The notes beneath the pieces are model-generated. The model made no database searches. It was not told the DNA's origin and saw only the letters and a program-made list of their open reading frames with translations. Below are positions 25,477 to 40,985 of a stretch of 64,000 nucleotides of DNA, one piece after another (position 1 is the first letter of the stretch; every line of letters begins with the position of its first letter). The translations under genes were made by a program, and so were the position numbers. Source of the stretch: Mobula birostris (lineage: Eukaryota); assembly GCF_030028105.1 (NCBI RefSeq), contig NC_092389.1:19579180-19643179 (forward strand), given 5' to 3'.

Positions 25477-26582
25477 CTATGCAGGGGAAGACAACAGATG
25501 AACTGGTGATCATGGAAAACTTCAGAATGAGATCAGGAAGGCATTAAGGTCCATGTATAGGATTTTCAAGCAATGGCTGCAATAATCTATGTTTTTCTCT
25601 TTAAGATATTAATTATGGTACATAAGGACATGAATCATAATTGTATGTTTAACACATGAAAAGGCTATTTGATGAAATTATTTCTCTTTCAGCACACTGC
25701 CACAAATACTGTATGTAAGATTACTCATTCCATTATGGAATTTTGAAGGGTACTTCACAGTATCAAGAAGCAATCAGTCCAACAGGCTTGGAGAGTGGGC
25801 AAAGTTTCCACCATCTGCTACAGTTAACTAGAGCATGGAGGGATGTTCTGCTCAAAGAAACTTTGATAACTGTCTAACAGCATCGGCACTGGCTTAGCTG
25901 CCTTCTGACTCTAGTTTCTGCCATTTTTAATGTACTGTATCCCAGATTTGTTGCAAGAGCGCACGAGTCAAACCAAAAAATTCAGTCAATAACAATTTTA
26001 CTGTGAATGATGATGAAAGGCTGTGCAGAGCTTCCAGACAACACCCATGAGCACTTTAAAATATTACTACTGAATCTTTAATACTGCCTGTATTTGTGGA
26101 ATAGACAAACCAAGTGTTCTTTTATAGTTTCTCTAGCAACACTATGCATAATGCCCTACTTATTAATTGTAAGTTAAAATTGGCCTGGTTAGTATTAATC
26201 TCAACCCTATAGCAATAAGAGAGATCTGATATAAATATACCCTGATGCATTTGTGGTAAAGTAATGTGCAGAACTGAATACAAGCACAAATATGTTTTCA
26301 AACCACAAGCAAGAGAAAATCTGCAGATGCTAGAAATCCGAGCAACACACACAAAATGCTGAAAGAACTCAGCAGGCCAGGCAGTATCTACGGAAAAAAG
26401 TACAGTCGCCGTTTCAGGCCGAAACCCTGCACCTCAGTGAGACTCGCCATAGATCAGGAGACCGCTTTGCCGAGCATCTATGCCAGAACAAGCAGGATCT
26501 CCCAGTAGTCAACCATTTCAATTCGACTTCACATTCCCATTCTGATATGTCCATCCATGGCCTCCTCCACTGTCGTGATGAC

Positions 26583-26617
26583 AGTCCTGACGAAGGGTTC
26601 CGGCCCGAAACGTCGAC
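26583..26617 (+). ncRNA. Minimal type-I hammerhead ribozyme motif (duplicate copy)
   Basis: Identical to 9971-10005. Confidence 0.75.
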
Positions 26618-29600
26618 CAATCTTTTCCACGGATGCTGCCCGACCTGCTGAGTTCCTCCAGCACGTTGTGAGTGTTGCTTTGACCCCAGCATCTGCAGAT
26701 TATTTTGTGTGATGAAGCTAAATATAGGTTTGTGGAACAACACCTTATATTCTGTTTGGGTATATAACATCTTGGTGGAACATATATTCCGTTTGGGTAT
26801 ATAACTCCATTTTCCATCCCTTTTTTCCCTCCCTATCTCACCTCATCTCACCAATCAACTTCCCAGCTCTTCACTTCATTCCACCCCACCCCAATCCAGG
26901 TTTCACCTATCACCTGGCATTTCTCTCTCCCATCCTCCCACCTTTTAAAACTACTCATCTTTTTTTTTTCTCCAGTCCTGCCGAAGGGTTTCGGTCCAAA
27001 ACGTCAACTGTACTTTTTTCCATAGATGCTGCCTGGCCTGCTGAGTTCCTCCAGCAGTTTGTGCGTTTTGCTACAACAAATGTTTCATTACCCAGAGACA
27101 CATTTTCTCCATCTTGCTGAATTTTTGAAAAAGTCTCCAAATATCCATGGCTTATACTTCAATGTCATTCTGTGTGTGCTGCTTTGTTGCCTCATGGATG
27201 TGTGCTTAGCCCACTGCTCTACTCTCTACACTCATGACTGTGTGGCTAAGGACAGTTCAAGTACCACCTACAAATTTGCTGATGGCACCACCATTATGGG
27301 TGGAATCTCAGTTCATGATGAAAAATTGTATAGAAGAGATCTCTCTGGTTGAATAGATCAGCTGGTTGAATGATGTTGGAACAACAACTTCTTACTCAAC
27401 AACAGAAAGACCAAAAAATTGATTGTGGACCTCAGTAAGGGTCAGTTAGAAGAACACACACCAGTCCTCATTGAGGGGTCAGTGCTGGGAAGGATGAGCA
27501 GCTACAAGTTCCTGGGTGTCAACATCTCCAAGAATCTATCCTGGGCTCAGCACATTCATACAATCATGGAGAAGGCACACCAATGGCTTTACCTCATAGA
27601 TTTTGTATATCATTGAAGACTTCTACAAATTACTAAAGATATACAGTGGAGAGCATTCTGACTGGTTGTATCACAGCTTGGTACAGAAACACCAATGCAC
27701 AGGATTGCAAGAGGAGTATATCACGGGCAGAACCTCCCCCACCATCGTGGAGACCTTCAAGAGGCAGTACCTCAAGAGGCTGAATCCATCATTAAGGACC
27801 TTCAACATTTGGGACATGTCCTCATCTTGTTTCTACCATCAGGATGGAGGAAACAGCCTGAAGATCCACAACCAAGAATTAGGAAGTGCTTCTGCCCCTT
27901 CTACTCAGATTTCTAAATAGTCCATGAGCATTAATTAATTACTTCCTTTTTCTTACTTTTTTTTAATTGATAGTAATTTAAAGCTTTGCACTGTACTGCT
28001 GCCACAAAAATTACACGTGTCAGTGATAAGAAACCTGAATCTGATGCTGAAGTACAGGAAGCATTACATGATCACAAATACAAAAGATTCTGCAGATGCT
28101 GGAAATCCAAAGCAACACACACAAAATGCTGGAGGAACTCAGCACCTATAGAAATGAATAAACAGTCAACCTTTCAGACCGAGACCCTTCTTCAGGACTG
28201 AAAATGAAGGGGAAGATCCCAGAATAAAAAGATGCGGGGGTAGGGAAAGGTGGTGATAGGAGAAGCCAGGTGGGTAGATTACACAACATGACATCTTCCT
28301 GTTGTGGTAACCACAGAAAATTATGTGGTACCACTGAGCTAACAGAAAGGTGTTTTACAATGGTTGTAGCCAAAGTTTCCTCATTCAATCATCATGAGCA
28401 AAATCAGACAATGCAGTCATTCTTTAGTTGACTATCTTGCTAAATGCTAATTATCTGTCCTATTTCCATGGTGAATAAGTGTAACAGTATATCTGGGGAA
28501 AAATACCCATTGTAAAATGCTGTGAAATATTCTGAGAATGCCATGAGGGCTTTTTAAGTGCTTGCCTGAAGTGTTTTGAGCTCACTGATATCTGACTTAA
28601 ATAATTACTGATAAATGATTCTGATTGATACTTAAGTTTTTGATTTGAAAATGAGTTGTTACTCATTACAAGGTTATTTTCCAGAGCCAGTGCTATGCTT
28701 TTATCAATCTAGCAGAAAATGGCTGAAATGGCTCCTTTCGGTTCTTAGAAAATGCAACTAAAGTACCTCGGTTAGAAAGATAGCCCACAGCCCAACTTAT
28801 GCTCAAGTTTAGATCACAACTCTTGGACAAGTTATTTATTTCTTTCACTGGGTACAAGTGACAATTGTACCTCTTTAATTTTGTGCTTCTTTTAATGATT
28901 TAATAAAACTTATGCCTTATGATGAATTTACTGAAATTTACGTGCTCTAAATTCATCAGTTTTTGGACAAATGTTGAGCAATGCATTACATCACATAAAG
29001 CACCAAGCACTTGGAGTGTCACTCAAAAATTTGAAGAAATGGACAAAAGCATATCCCTGTGTAACAAAGGATTTGATCAATTTGTGATTGTTACTCAGTT
29101 CAGGATGTCGATTTACTGCAAATGCACCAGGGTACATTTATATCTGCCATAAATTTCATTTATATCTTCCAAACATTGACAATTGATTAAATGGTCAAAT
29201 GAAATGTTTCATAGTACGGTTTATAGTAATCTTTATGTGAAAGATATTCTGCATTCATTTAATGCAAACCTTAACTTTTTTAAAGAAGGGATCCTTATGC
29301 TCCACAACCGCTGGACTAAGTGTGTAGATGTAGGAAAAGTAAATGTGCTAGGTTTTCTGAAATTGACTCCTTCTGCCCTAGGCCACGAACTTATCAATCA
29401 CCCCTTGTATGAATCAACATTGGTAAGAATCATGACGAGCACACATAAAGAAAATGTGTTCTTTTAAGTGTTAAGAACGTAATAGTGTAGATGTTTGAAA
29501 GTGGCAATGTGGCCATACTGATAATAAGAACACAATCAAAATTAAGCACATGAAATGGATATTTTCTCTAAGGGAAATATTTAAAAACAACTAACTTCTT

Positions 29601-32600
29601 CAAGAAAAGAATAAATAAAATCTGCAAATCTGCAAATGAAAAGGCTTTTTTGTTAAGGCTAAGCATGAGGAATACGTGCATAATGGCTCAGACAGATAAA
29701 GATAAAGAACCGTTAAGTTATCAGCAGAAATAATACATATACTGTCATATTTTTTACTACATAACCCAAAATCATGCATTCATAATGAGATCAGCAGCAT
29801 AGTTTACCAATTTAAATAGAAAGTGCTTTTGGTCAGTTAATTGACAATAATTACATTAATATATTAAAACGTGAATATGTCCATTTATGAATTGATCACA
29901 ATAATCAATTGTTGATGGGTTTATTATTGTCACGTGTACTGAGATACAGTAAAAAATTGGTCTTTCGTACATTCACTCGGATGAAATTATTGCAACAGTG
30001 CATTAAGGTAGGACAAGGTAAAACAGTAACACAATGCAGAATAGAGTATTACAATTACAGAGAAAGTGCAGCACAGGTAGGCAATAAGGTACAAGATTAT
30101 AAAGAGATAGATTATGAGGTCAAGAATCCATCTTGTTGAAATAAGGATCCATTCAATAGATCAATAGTGGGATAGAAGCTGTCCTTGAGCTTGGTGGTAT
30201 ATGCTTTCAGGATTCCACGTAGGGGAGATGGGGAAAACACATGTTCACACAACTATATTTATTTAAAGTGGTTTCACAAAATCTAATATTAGAAATGATA
30301 GACAACAATAAAATATTATCAGATAAGGGTTAGGAAGTCTGTCTGATGTAGTCTGATGAAAGATCTTGAGCCAATACATCAACTGTATATTTTGCTCTAT
30401 TTTTGCTTCCTGACCTGTTGAGTTCCTCCAGCACTTTGCGTGTGTTGCTCATGATTTCTAGCATCTGCAGAATCTCTTATGTTTAGAAAATGAACTTTCA
30501 ATTGGAAGATTAAGTAATAAATTGGGGTAGGAGGAACTACAAAAGCTTTAAATAGAGCATTAAAATATCAGAGAACAGAAATAAATTAAGTAAGAATTAA
30601 GAAATTATTCCAAAAACCAAGGATTTAAGAGTGAACATCAAATAAAAACATTGGACATTACAAACTAAAATTTAAGAAAACATTAGACCTTGATGTTATG
30701 ATTAGAAATCTTAGTCAGTATAGGCTGGGGATGGAACTGTTTAATATGCTCAGATTGATATGTTGACACATTTGGCAACATTCCTAATATATGATTATTC
30801 AGGTTAATGAACAGAAATATTTTTGAGCAACACACACAAAATGTTGGAGGAACTCAGCAGGTCAGGCAACATCTATGGAAAGGAGTATAGTCAACATTTC
30901 AGGCCAAGAACCTTCATCAGATCTCAATTTTTTTTGAGCTGGAAGGAAGGGAAAATATATTTAATGAAATAGGACAATTTCTCTAAGGGGCGCTTTTGGT
31001 AGGACACATACAATGGAGCTGGGCCAGTTTCGGAGATGACTTCCTTGTGAAACTCATTGGAGTCAAGCAATTTAAAGAGATAAAGATTAAAGATTAGCTT
31101 TATTTGTTACATGAACATTGAAGCATCGAAACATACAGTGAAATGCGTCTTTTGCATCAATGACCAACAGGGTCATAGGATGTGCTGGGGGCAGCCCACT
31201 GGTGTTGCCATCCTTCCAAGACTAATATAGCATGGCCATAGCATAACTTAGTAACCACAAGCCATACATCTTTGGAATGTGGAAGGAAACCAGAGCTGCT
31301 GGAGGAAACCTATGCAGTCACAGGCAGAACATGCAAACTCCTTAAACTCCAATCTTGAAGGTGGAGGTATAAAGCACTACGGTAATCATTACACTGCCAT
31401 CCTACAATCTATAAGCATACACAATCCATATTTCAAAAATGGCACTGCACAGGATCCAATATCAGTTATTTCCTATGTGTCCTCATTCCTGTTTTGGAAA
31501 GAGTATGATTGTTGACAAAAATTCAACAATCTCAACAAATTCAGTTATTTACATAACTGGCTTGGGGACTGTGAAATTATATATGCACTAATAATTTTTA
31601 GTTCCTAAAGCCACTGCTATAAATTCACCATTTCCATTAAAAATGTACTTGAAAATTTGTGATATTGCACACAGTAAATTGTCCTTGTTTTCAAATAGCG
31701 ACAATAAAAATTGCACAATACCAGCAGCCTTCATACAGTCAATCAGATTTGTGACTACTTGAATTGGACCATAACCTGAACCAACCAAAAATAATCTTTG
31801 CAAAGACTGGAACAGATGACATCCTCATTGTAACATCTTATCTTTCCCAGTTTACTTAAAAATTTTTTAATAATATGGTTTGATTGATTATAAACTGATT
31901 TTTGTAACGATGCATTTCTTAGATATTACTGATCTGTAATAATAGGTGACATGTTGCGATAAACAAAGGAATTTTTGGAATGGAATATTACCTCCCAAGC
32001 TATCTTATTTAAAAACATAACTTGCACACTATATGCTATCAATTTCTACGATTGTAGATCTCAATCCAGACATTCCTCTAATCTTCACATTTACAGGCTT
32101 GGTGAACTTTTGTTAACCTCTATTTGTAATCAAAATAAAAATAATAAAAATGTAATAATTTGACAAACTTTCATTGCACAGATGTTGTTTGACCCAGTGA
32201 GTTCCTCCAGCAGATTGATTTTTGTTCCATATTCCAACATCTGCAGTCTCTTGTGGCTCCGAAGTGTAGCAATTGACAGCTTGACAATTAATTGATAGCG
32301 ATGTACTATTTTCTACTGCGGTCACCAAAGCCTATGCTAAAGGCATATCCAGCTGCATACCACACACTGTTCTCACTTACAATTGCTGCAGTTAACCACA
32401 CTTCTTAAAGTCATAGAACTGTGGCTCCAAACCAGAGCGAGCAGAAATGCAAATACAAAGCTACCACCCTTTCCAGTTATTGCAAGGTTTTTTTCTATGA
32501 TTTCTTGTAACAGGAGCAAAATGTGATTTAATATATGAAGGCTGCGATTGTACTATGGAATTCTTATCTCTACTGTTCTTTCACAAGGGCGATTTAATGT

Positions 32601-34396
32601 ATAGAACACCAGATCTTTTCAAATACTGTCCTATTATCCCATCAAAACTCTTTAATCAGAAAAGACTGTATCAAGGGGCTGGATACATTACTATTAAGAT
32701 TAAAAAGCCTACTTCATTTGCTTCAGTAATTAACAATGAAGGGGAAAACATTTCTGGCGTTCAGTGTCCATTATCCTGAATCTGAGTTAGGATGATTACT
32801 CTGATGATAAATTAATCAGTTACTTTGTAGATGTATTTTGTTAATTTAAAAGAGTAATCAAATATGTAAGTTGTTTGATTCATTTTTAATTGTTACATAA
32901 TTTTCTTCAATTTTAATTTGGCCTTGTTACATGTAGGATAATAATACTTAGCTCATCTTCCCTGAGTATGATAATCATTGGAGCAGATATTCTTCTTGTC
33001 TTCTAGTGAAAAATGGGTGGAATGTCTTCATTTCTGACCAAGATAATCCTAGTCAATATTTCGTCCATGTGTGTCTGTCATAGTGGTTGTCATTTACTGT
33101 CGCTGCTGCATGTAAATTTCTACCTTTTCATTAAGTCGTGCCTTAAAACCTGTTGTGCCCACTGACCAGCAGTCTATCAGCCCCCAAGTAAACTATAAGA
33201 CAAGCCATGCAAAATGGAAAGGGCAACCCTTTGGCATAGAATACAACTCGTCACCAAATCCTAATGTAGTGTCAGGGGACTCATCCAGTATGGAATTCAC
33301 GGCAGAAAGATATAAACCAGAGTCAAGAAAGCAACACAATTTTCAGAGAGAACCTTGAAAACCCAAATTTTGGAATATCTTGCCAAAGAATGGAGAATAA
33401 ATCTGTTTCAAATTCAGTCCAGAAAACCAGAGAAAGGCCACTTAGATGCAGGATATCCTCTGATTTTGCTTAAAACATTTATTAAAATTAATTTCTATTC
33501 TCTTTTGGTAGGGATGTGTATGGCAATATTAATATAAAATGGAAACACTACAATTGAGTAAGCTGTATCTATTAGACATGAAACTTTTAAAGATATATAT
33601 TCCCAGCATACGTTTTAAATATCTTCTCATGGGCTGCACAATGTTTCTAATGGATTAACACCACCATAGATGTAATTCAGATAAATTTCCTCTAACCTTG
33701 GTCCTGCTTATACAAGACACAGAGCAGGATATCTTTCTTTAAGAAATCCATGGCAAAGAGTAGTACATCATGGAAACTGGCCTACCAGCCAAACCGCTCC
33801 AACCAAAATGTCCAACTAAAGACTGTGTGCATTCACTTTGTCTATGGCCCAAATTTATGAAATGTATTTAAATGCATTTAAATTTTAGATGCTGAGATAG
33901 CACCATACTTGAGTTGAGAAAATGTTGTATATTAATTTTGAAAAGACCATAGGTGACGATGAGAAACCCAAGAACTAGTGGTCAGATCACATCACGCTTT
34001 GGTTACAAAATCCTGTAAACTGCACTCAATCTGCATTGCAGAGGGAGAAAAAGGTTTCCTCCGTCATGAGGATTTTTGGTGATCTCATTGCACCCTTGGA
34101 GCTTAGAACAGGAAATTCATGGGTGATGGGGGACCTGGGGCCCAAGAGGAGCAAGGGGAGAAAATTCAGCACGCTGATGATGAAACATTAGTCATTATGA
34201 GAACATAAATTTAAATCACTCTCTATGCACAGTGGAAAAATACACCAATGTCATCTAGTTAATTTAAGCTTGAATTTCACATATAGATATAATAGTCTGA
34301 GTGACACTCAGTATGTTCTTCTATATCAAGAATAATAATATTACTATTTAGAAAAGTCTGTGGTGTTCCTCCATCTAATCTGCTCCTACTCTGCTG

Positions 34397-37300
34397 CAGA
34401 AACATAGAAAACCTACAGCACAATACAGGCCCTTCGGCCCACAAAGCTGTGCCAAACATGTCCTTACCTTAGAAATACCTAGGCTTACCCATAGCCCTCT
34501 ATTTTTCTAAGCTCCATGTATCCATCCAGGAGTCTCTTAAAAAACCCTATCGTTTCCATCTCCACCACCGCCAATGGCAGCCCATTCCTCACACTCACCA
34601 CTCCCTGTAAAAAACTTACCCCTGACATCTCCTCTGTACCTACTTCCAAGCACTTTAAAACTATGCCCTCTCGTGCTAGCCATTTCAGCCCTGAAAAAAA
34701 GCCTCTGACTATCCAGATGATCAATGCCTCTCATTATCTTGTACACCCCTATCAGGTCACCTCTCATCCTCCGTCGCTCCAAGGAGAAAAGGTCAACTTC
34801 ACTCAATCTATAAGGCATGCTCCCCAATCCAGGCAACATCCTTGTAGTTCTCCTCTGCACCCTTTCTATGGTTTCCGCAGCCTTCCTGTAGTGAGGCGAA
34901 TAGAATTGAACACAATACTCCAAGTGCGTCTGACCAGGGTCCTATACAGCTGCAACATTACCTCTCAGCTCTTAAACTCAATCCTACAATTGATGAAGGC
35001 CAATGCACTGTATGCCTTCTTAACCACAGAGTCAACCTGCTTGGCAGCTTTTAGTGTTCTATGGACTCAGACCCCAAGATCCCTCTGATCCTCCACACTG
35101 CCAAGAATCTTACCATTAATGCTATATTCTGCCATCATATTTGACCTACCAAAATAAACCACCTCACACTTATCTGGGTTGAACTCCATCTGTCACTTTT
35201 CAGCCCAGTTTTGCATCCTATCAATGTCCCGCGGTAACCTCTGACAGCCCTCCATACTATCCACAACATCCCAACCTTTGTGTCATCAGCAAACTTACTA
35301 ACCCATTCCACCACTTCCTCATCCAGGTCCTTTATAAAAATCACAAACAAAGAGTAGGGGTCCCAGAACAGATCCCTGAGGCACACCACTGGTCACTGGC
35401 CTCCATGCAGAATATGACCCATCTACAACCACTCTTTGCCTTCTGTGGGCAAACCAGTTCTGGATCCACAAAGCAATGTCCCCTTGGATCCCATACCTCC
35501 TTACTTCCTCAATAAGTCTTGCATGTACTTTACCAAATGCCTTGCTAAAATCCATATACACTACGTCAACAGCTCTACCTTCATCAATGTGTTTAGTCAC
35601 ATCCTCACAAAATTCAATTAGGCTTGTAAGGCACGACCTGCCTTTGACAAAGCCATGCTGACTATTCCTAATCGTATTATGCCTCTCCAAATGTTGATAA
35701 GTCCTGCATCTCATGATCTTCTCCATCAACTTACCAACCACTGAAGTAAGACTCACCGGTCTATAATTTCCTGGGCTATCCTTACTCCCTTTCTTGAATA
35801 AAGGAACAACATCCGCAACCCTCCAATCCTCTGGAACCTCTCCCGTCCCCATCGATGATGCAAAAATCATCGCCAGAGGCTCAGCAATCTCCTCCCTCAC
35901 CTCCCACAGTAGCCTGGGGTACATCCCGTCTGGTCGCAGTGACTTATCCAACTTGATGCTTTCCAAAAGCTCCTGCACATCCTCTTTCTTAATATCTACA
36001 TGCTCAAGCTTTTCAGTCTGCTGCAAGTCATCTCTATGATCACCAAGATCCTTTTCCGTAGTGAATATGAAGCAAAGTATTCATTAAGTACCTCTGCTAT
36101 CTCCTCCAGTTCCATACACACTTTTCCACTGTCACACTTGATTGGTCCTATTCTCTCACATCCTATCCTCTTGCTCTTCACATTCTTGTAGAATGCCTTG
36201 GGGCTTTCCTTAATCCTGTCCACCAAGGCCTTCTCATGGCCCCTTCTGGCTCTCCTAATTTCATTCTTATGCTCCTTCCTGCTAGCCTTATAATCTTCTA
36301 GATCTCTATCATTATCTAGTTTTTTGAACCTTTCGTAAGCTCTTCTTCTCTTCTTGACTAGATTTACAACAGCCTTTGTACACCATGATTTCTGTAACCT
36401 ACCATCCTTTCCCTGTCTCATTGGAACATACCTACGCAGAACCCCACGCAAATATCTCCTGAACATTTGCCGCATTTCTTCCGTACGTTTCCTTGAGAAC
36501 ATCTGTTTCCAATTTATGCTTCCAAGTTCCTGCCTGATGGCTTCATATTTCCCCTTACTCCAATTAAGCATTTCCCTAACTTGTCTGTTGCTATCCCTCT
36601 CCAATGCTATGGTAAAGGAGATAGAATTGTGATCATTATCTCCAAAATGCTCTCCCACTGAGAGACCTGACCCTGACCAGGTTCATTTCCTAATACCAGA
36701 TCAAGTACAGCCTTTCCTCTTGTAGGTTTATCTACATATTGTGTCGAGAAACCTTCCTGAACACACCTAACAAACTCCACTCCATCTAAACCCCTCACTC
36801 TAGGGAGATGCCAATCAATATTTGGGAAATTAAAATCTCCCACCACAACAACCCTGTTATTATTACTCCTTTCCAGAATCTGCCTCCCTATCTGCTCTTC
36901 GATATCCCTGTTACTATTGGGTGTTCTATAAAAAACACCCAGTAGAGTTATTGACCCCTTCCTGTTCCTAACTTCCACCCACAGAGACTCAGTAGACAAC
37001 CCCTCCATGACCTCCTCCTTTTCTGCAGCTGTGACACTATCCCTGAGCAACATTGCCATGCCCCCACCTCTCTTCCCTCCTTCCCTGCCCGTTCTGAAAC
37101 ACCTAAAGCCAGGCACTTGAAGTAGCCATTCCTGCCCCTGCACCATCCAAGTCTCTGAAATGGCTACAACATTATAGCTCCAATGCTGATCCACACTCTA
37201 TGCTCATCCACTTTGTTCATAATACTCCTTGCATTAAAATAGACACATCTCAAACCATCGATCTGAACGCGTCCCTCTCTATCACCTGCCTATGCTCCCT

Positions 37301-39201
37301 TTCGCCCTGTCTCCAAGCTTTCTCTATTTGTGAGCCAAGCTCCCTTTTCCTCTGTCACTTCAGTTCTGTTCCCACCCCCCAGCAATCCCAGTTTAAACTC
37401 TCCCCAATAACCTGAGCAAACATCCCCGCCAGGATATTGGTCCCCCTGGGATTCAAGTCCTTTTTCTACAGGTCATTCTGATGGAATGAAGGGATAGGTA
37501 AATAGGGGGAAAAACAGAGGACAATGATTAACTTATAATCAATCACATTGTAAGCACCTTAGCTTACTGCTTTGGACAAGTTTGTGCAGTCAAAAAGAAG
37601 TTTCACTCTGCAACCGGTGACATACTAGTCATTGTTCTCTAAAGATAGACAAAGACTCAAATAAGGAACCATCTGATCTTGCAGAAGCAGCTCAAGATAC
37701 AGCTAAATATGAAGAGTATAGTGTAGGGGCTAGAATGTTCTGGAGAAAAGGGGAAGGGTCCGAATGAGGAACTGATGGGATAGCTTTGGCTTAAAATAAT
37801 TATAACTAACTGACCAATGATTATTTTACATCTAATTGTATCTTTGCATGTGATTGAAATGATTCTAACATTACCTAAACTTGTAATCGTAAGATTTCCT
37901 GCTACCTGATCAATGTTATAAATTGTGGAGAACTGTGCAATTCGGGGGCAGTCTCCGGACTAGCTCCTTTGTGAGATCAGTCTGCAACTTCCCCCATAGC
38001 ATGCTATGAGTAGAGAATAAAGGTTTGAAACAAATTACGTATGTCAGTGTATTTGTGGTACAATTGCTATTGCATCGGGTCCGATCGAGTAAAGACAATT
38101 CCTGCCCCAAAAGAGTTCCCAATGATCCAGAAATCTGAATCCCTGCCCCGTGCTCCAATCCCTCAGCCACGCATTCATCCTCCATCTCATTCTATTCCTA
38201 TACTGACTGTCCTGTGGCACAAGCAGTAATCCCAAGATTACTACCTGTGAGGTCCTGCTTCTCATCTTCCTTCCTAACTCCCTGTGCTTTGTTTTCCTCC
38301 CTTTTCCTACCTATATCGTTGGTACCAATATGTTCCACAACCTCTGGCTGTTCTCCTTCCCACTTCAAGATATCGTGGACGCGATTAGAAACATCCTGGA
38401 CCCTGGCACCTGGGAGGCAAACTACCATCCACGTTTCTTTCCTGCGCCCACAGAATCGCCTCTCTGACTCCTTAACTATAGAGTCCCCTATCACTGCTGC
38501 CATCTTCTTCCTTTTCCTACCCTTCTGAGCCACAGGGCCCGACTCTGTGCCAGAGGCATGACCACTGTTGCTTCCCCCAGGTAGGCCGTCTCCCCTAACA
38601 GTACTCAAACAGGAGTACTTATTGTTAAGAGGAACAGCCACAGGGATACTCTCTAGCACCTGCTTCTTGTCCTTCTCTCTCCTGACTGTTATCTACTTAT
38701 CTGTCTCCCCAGTTCCCGGAGTGACTACCAGCCTATAGCTCCTCTCTATCACCTCTTCACTCTCCCTGACCAGATGAAGGTCATCGAGCTCTATCTCCAG
38801 TTCCCTGAGGCAGTCCCTAAAGAGCTGCAGCTCGACGCACCTGCTGCAGATGTGGCCGTCCGGGAGGCTGGGAGTCTTCAGGACCTCCCACAACTGACAC
38901 CGAGCACAGAAAACTGGCCTCACACACATTCTTTCTGTCTGTATTCTAATCAGATAACCCACCTCGCTTCGACCCTTTATCGCTGAAGCCCCATGGAGCC
39001 ATAGCCTTCCTTCTCTGTCTCCCTCTACTCTATCGGCCGCTCTGTAAAGCTGTCTTCTTTTTAAACTCTTCCCTCTGTTCTCACTGGCCGACCTCCGTGC
39101 ACTTGCGCAGTCGTGCCCCTTCAAACTGCTGAAGAAATAACCGTCACCTTTTCAACTCTGCCCGCTTTAAAACTCTTCCCACTGTTCTCACCGGCTGACC
39201 T
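34397..39201 (-). mobile_element. Duplicate of the near-full-length CR1
   Basis: Same ORFs at offset 16612/16611, with an extra 1-bp deletion in the endonuclease domain. Confidence 0.95.
37479..38097 (+). mobile_element. Duplicate of the solo LTR
   Basis: ATTC TSD at 37475-37478 and 38098-38101. Confidence 0.85.
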
Positions 39202-40194
39202 GTATTTTAAGGCTTCACTTCTTCAAACAGTTAATTATTTCTCAAAGATAACATAAACTATTCTAACATCAACCTGAGAATCATAGTTTTTTTTCCGAAG
39301 TTTGCTTCAAATTATTTTCATTTCAAAAACTTCTTGTGAGAGATTGTAGTAATTTCTCATTAGTCATATTGCCCATAGATCCTGTTAGACAACTTTTGAC
39401 CTCTGCAGCAGAACTAAATAAAACCTATTTTCTTTTAATCCTCTTAATGAGTAACTCCACATCCTGATAGCCTTCTGGAGAATCCATGTTGCAATTTTCC
39501 ATTACTGAATTTCCTCTGCATATAATGCTCTAACTTCAGCAAGTAAAAGAAGTTCACAATCATTCCCTTTTCTTTCACAAAGGTCAACAAGTGTCAGGGG
39601 CTCCTACATCATGTGAATTAATGAAAAACATTTATGTCTCCACAGGCAATACTGAAGAGTTCCATCCTTTGGCCTAATTTACTCATGGATTAAACTACAG
39701 ATTAAAGCCACCCAATCTAAACATTTCCCATAAAATGTCTTCCTTTTATTTTCCAAAGTTTGAAAAATTTCTTAGAATTTTCCACGTTGCTAGTCATATT
39801 ATTTCTTATGCCCTCATAATGTAGATCCTGATTCCAATTTTGCAAATCTTCCAATTCCATATGGTTAGCCATTTTTATATTATTTCATGAATTGCCAAAT
39901 GCTTTATTTAAGTCTGCATTTATTGCCCTTTCCAAGCTGTCCTGGAGAAGGTGATGAGCCACAGAGGTTCCTCTTAGAGAGAATTCACACAGTGTTGTTA
40001 GCTAGCGAGTTCCACCAGTTAGATGTAGTGATTATAAAGGTCTGACTATATACTTCCAGGATGGTGTGTGACTTGGAGGTGAACCAGTAGATGGTAGCAT
40101 TCCAATCTTACTATTTATCAATGAAGAGTAAATAAAATTACCCAATACAAATAGGAGCATTAGTTCTATTGTATTAGTACAATATTGGTAAATG

Positions 40195-40985
40195 CGAAGT
40201 CATCCACTTTAGAAGTAAAAATGGAAGATCAGATTATTATTTAAATAAAAGATTGCAACATGCTGCTGTGCAGAGGGACTTGGGGAGTGCCTGTGCATGA
40301 ATCGCAGAGGGTTGGTTTACAGGTGCAGCAGGCTATCAAGAAGGCAAATGGAAAGTTGGTTTTCATTGCTAGAGGATTGAATTTAAGGGCAGGGAGGTTA
40401 TGCTGCAACTGTACAGGGTACTGGTGAGGCCGCACCTGGAGTACTGTGTGCAGTTCTGGTTTCCTTACTTGAGGAAGGATATACTGGCTCTGGAGGCGGT
40501 GCAGAGGAGGTTCACCAGGTTGATTCCGGAGATGAAGGGGTTAGACTATGAGCAGAGATTGAGTTGCCTGGTATGGTACTCGCTGGAATTCAGAAGAATG
40601 AGAGGAGATCTTATAGAAATGTATGAAATTATGAAAGGGATAGATAAGTTAGAGGCAGGAAAATTGTTTCTACTGGTAGGTGAAACTAGAACTAGGGAAC
40701 ATAGCCTCAAGATTCGGGGGACTAAATTTAGGACGGAGATAAGGAGGAACTGCTTTTCCCAAATCTGTGGAATTCTCTGCCCAATGATGCAGTAGAGGCT
40801 AACGCAGTAAATATATTTAAGACAAGGTTGGATAGATTTTTGCATAGTAGGGGAATTAAGGGGTATGCAGAAAAGGCAGGTAGGTAGAGATGAGTTTATG
40901 GCCAGAGCAGTTATGATCTGATTGAATGGCGGAGCAGGCTCAATGGGGCCAGATAACCATCTCCTGCTCCTATTTCTTATGTTCA
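40195..40985 (+). mobile_element. CR1 3' fragment
   Basis: ORF 40400..40795 (LVRPHLEYCVQFW, RRMRGDLIE) and a TTCTTATGTT-type tail. Confidence 0.9.

Larger units (their letters stand above)
22862..39474 (+). repeat. 16.6-kb tandem segmental duplication, copy 2 (repeats every element of copy 1)
   Basis: Match ends at GATAGCCTT (22863/39474). Offset is 16612, then 16611 after a 1-bp deletion at about 37183. Confidence 0.98.

Noticed and set aside
39770-39900. Open minus-strand frame MANHMELEDL... as a cytoplasmic exon
   Set aside because: It resembles a decayed CR1 ORF2 linker (HYEG..SNVENSKKFFK) and has no good splice sites.
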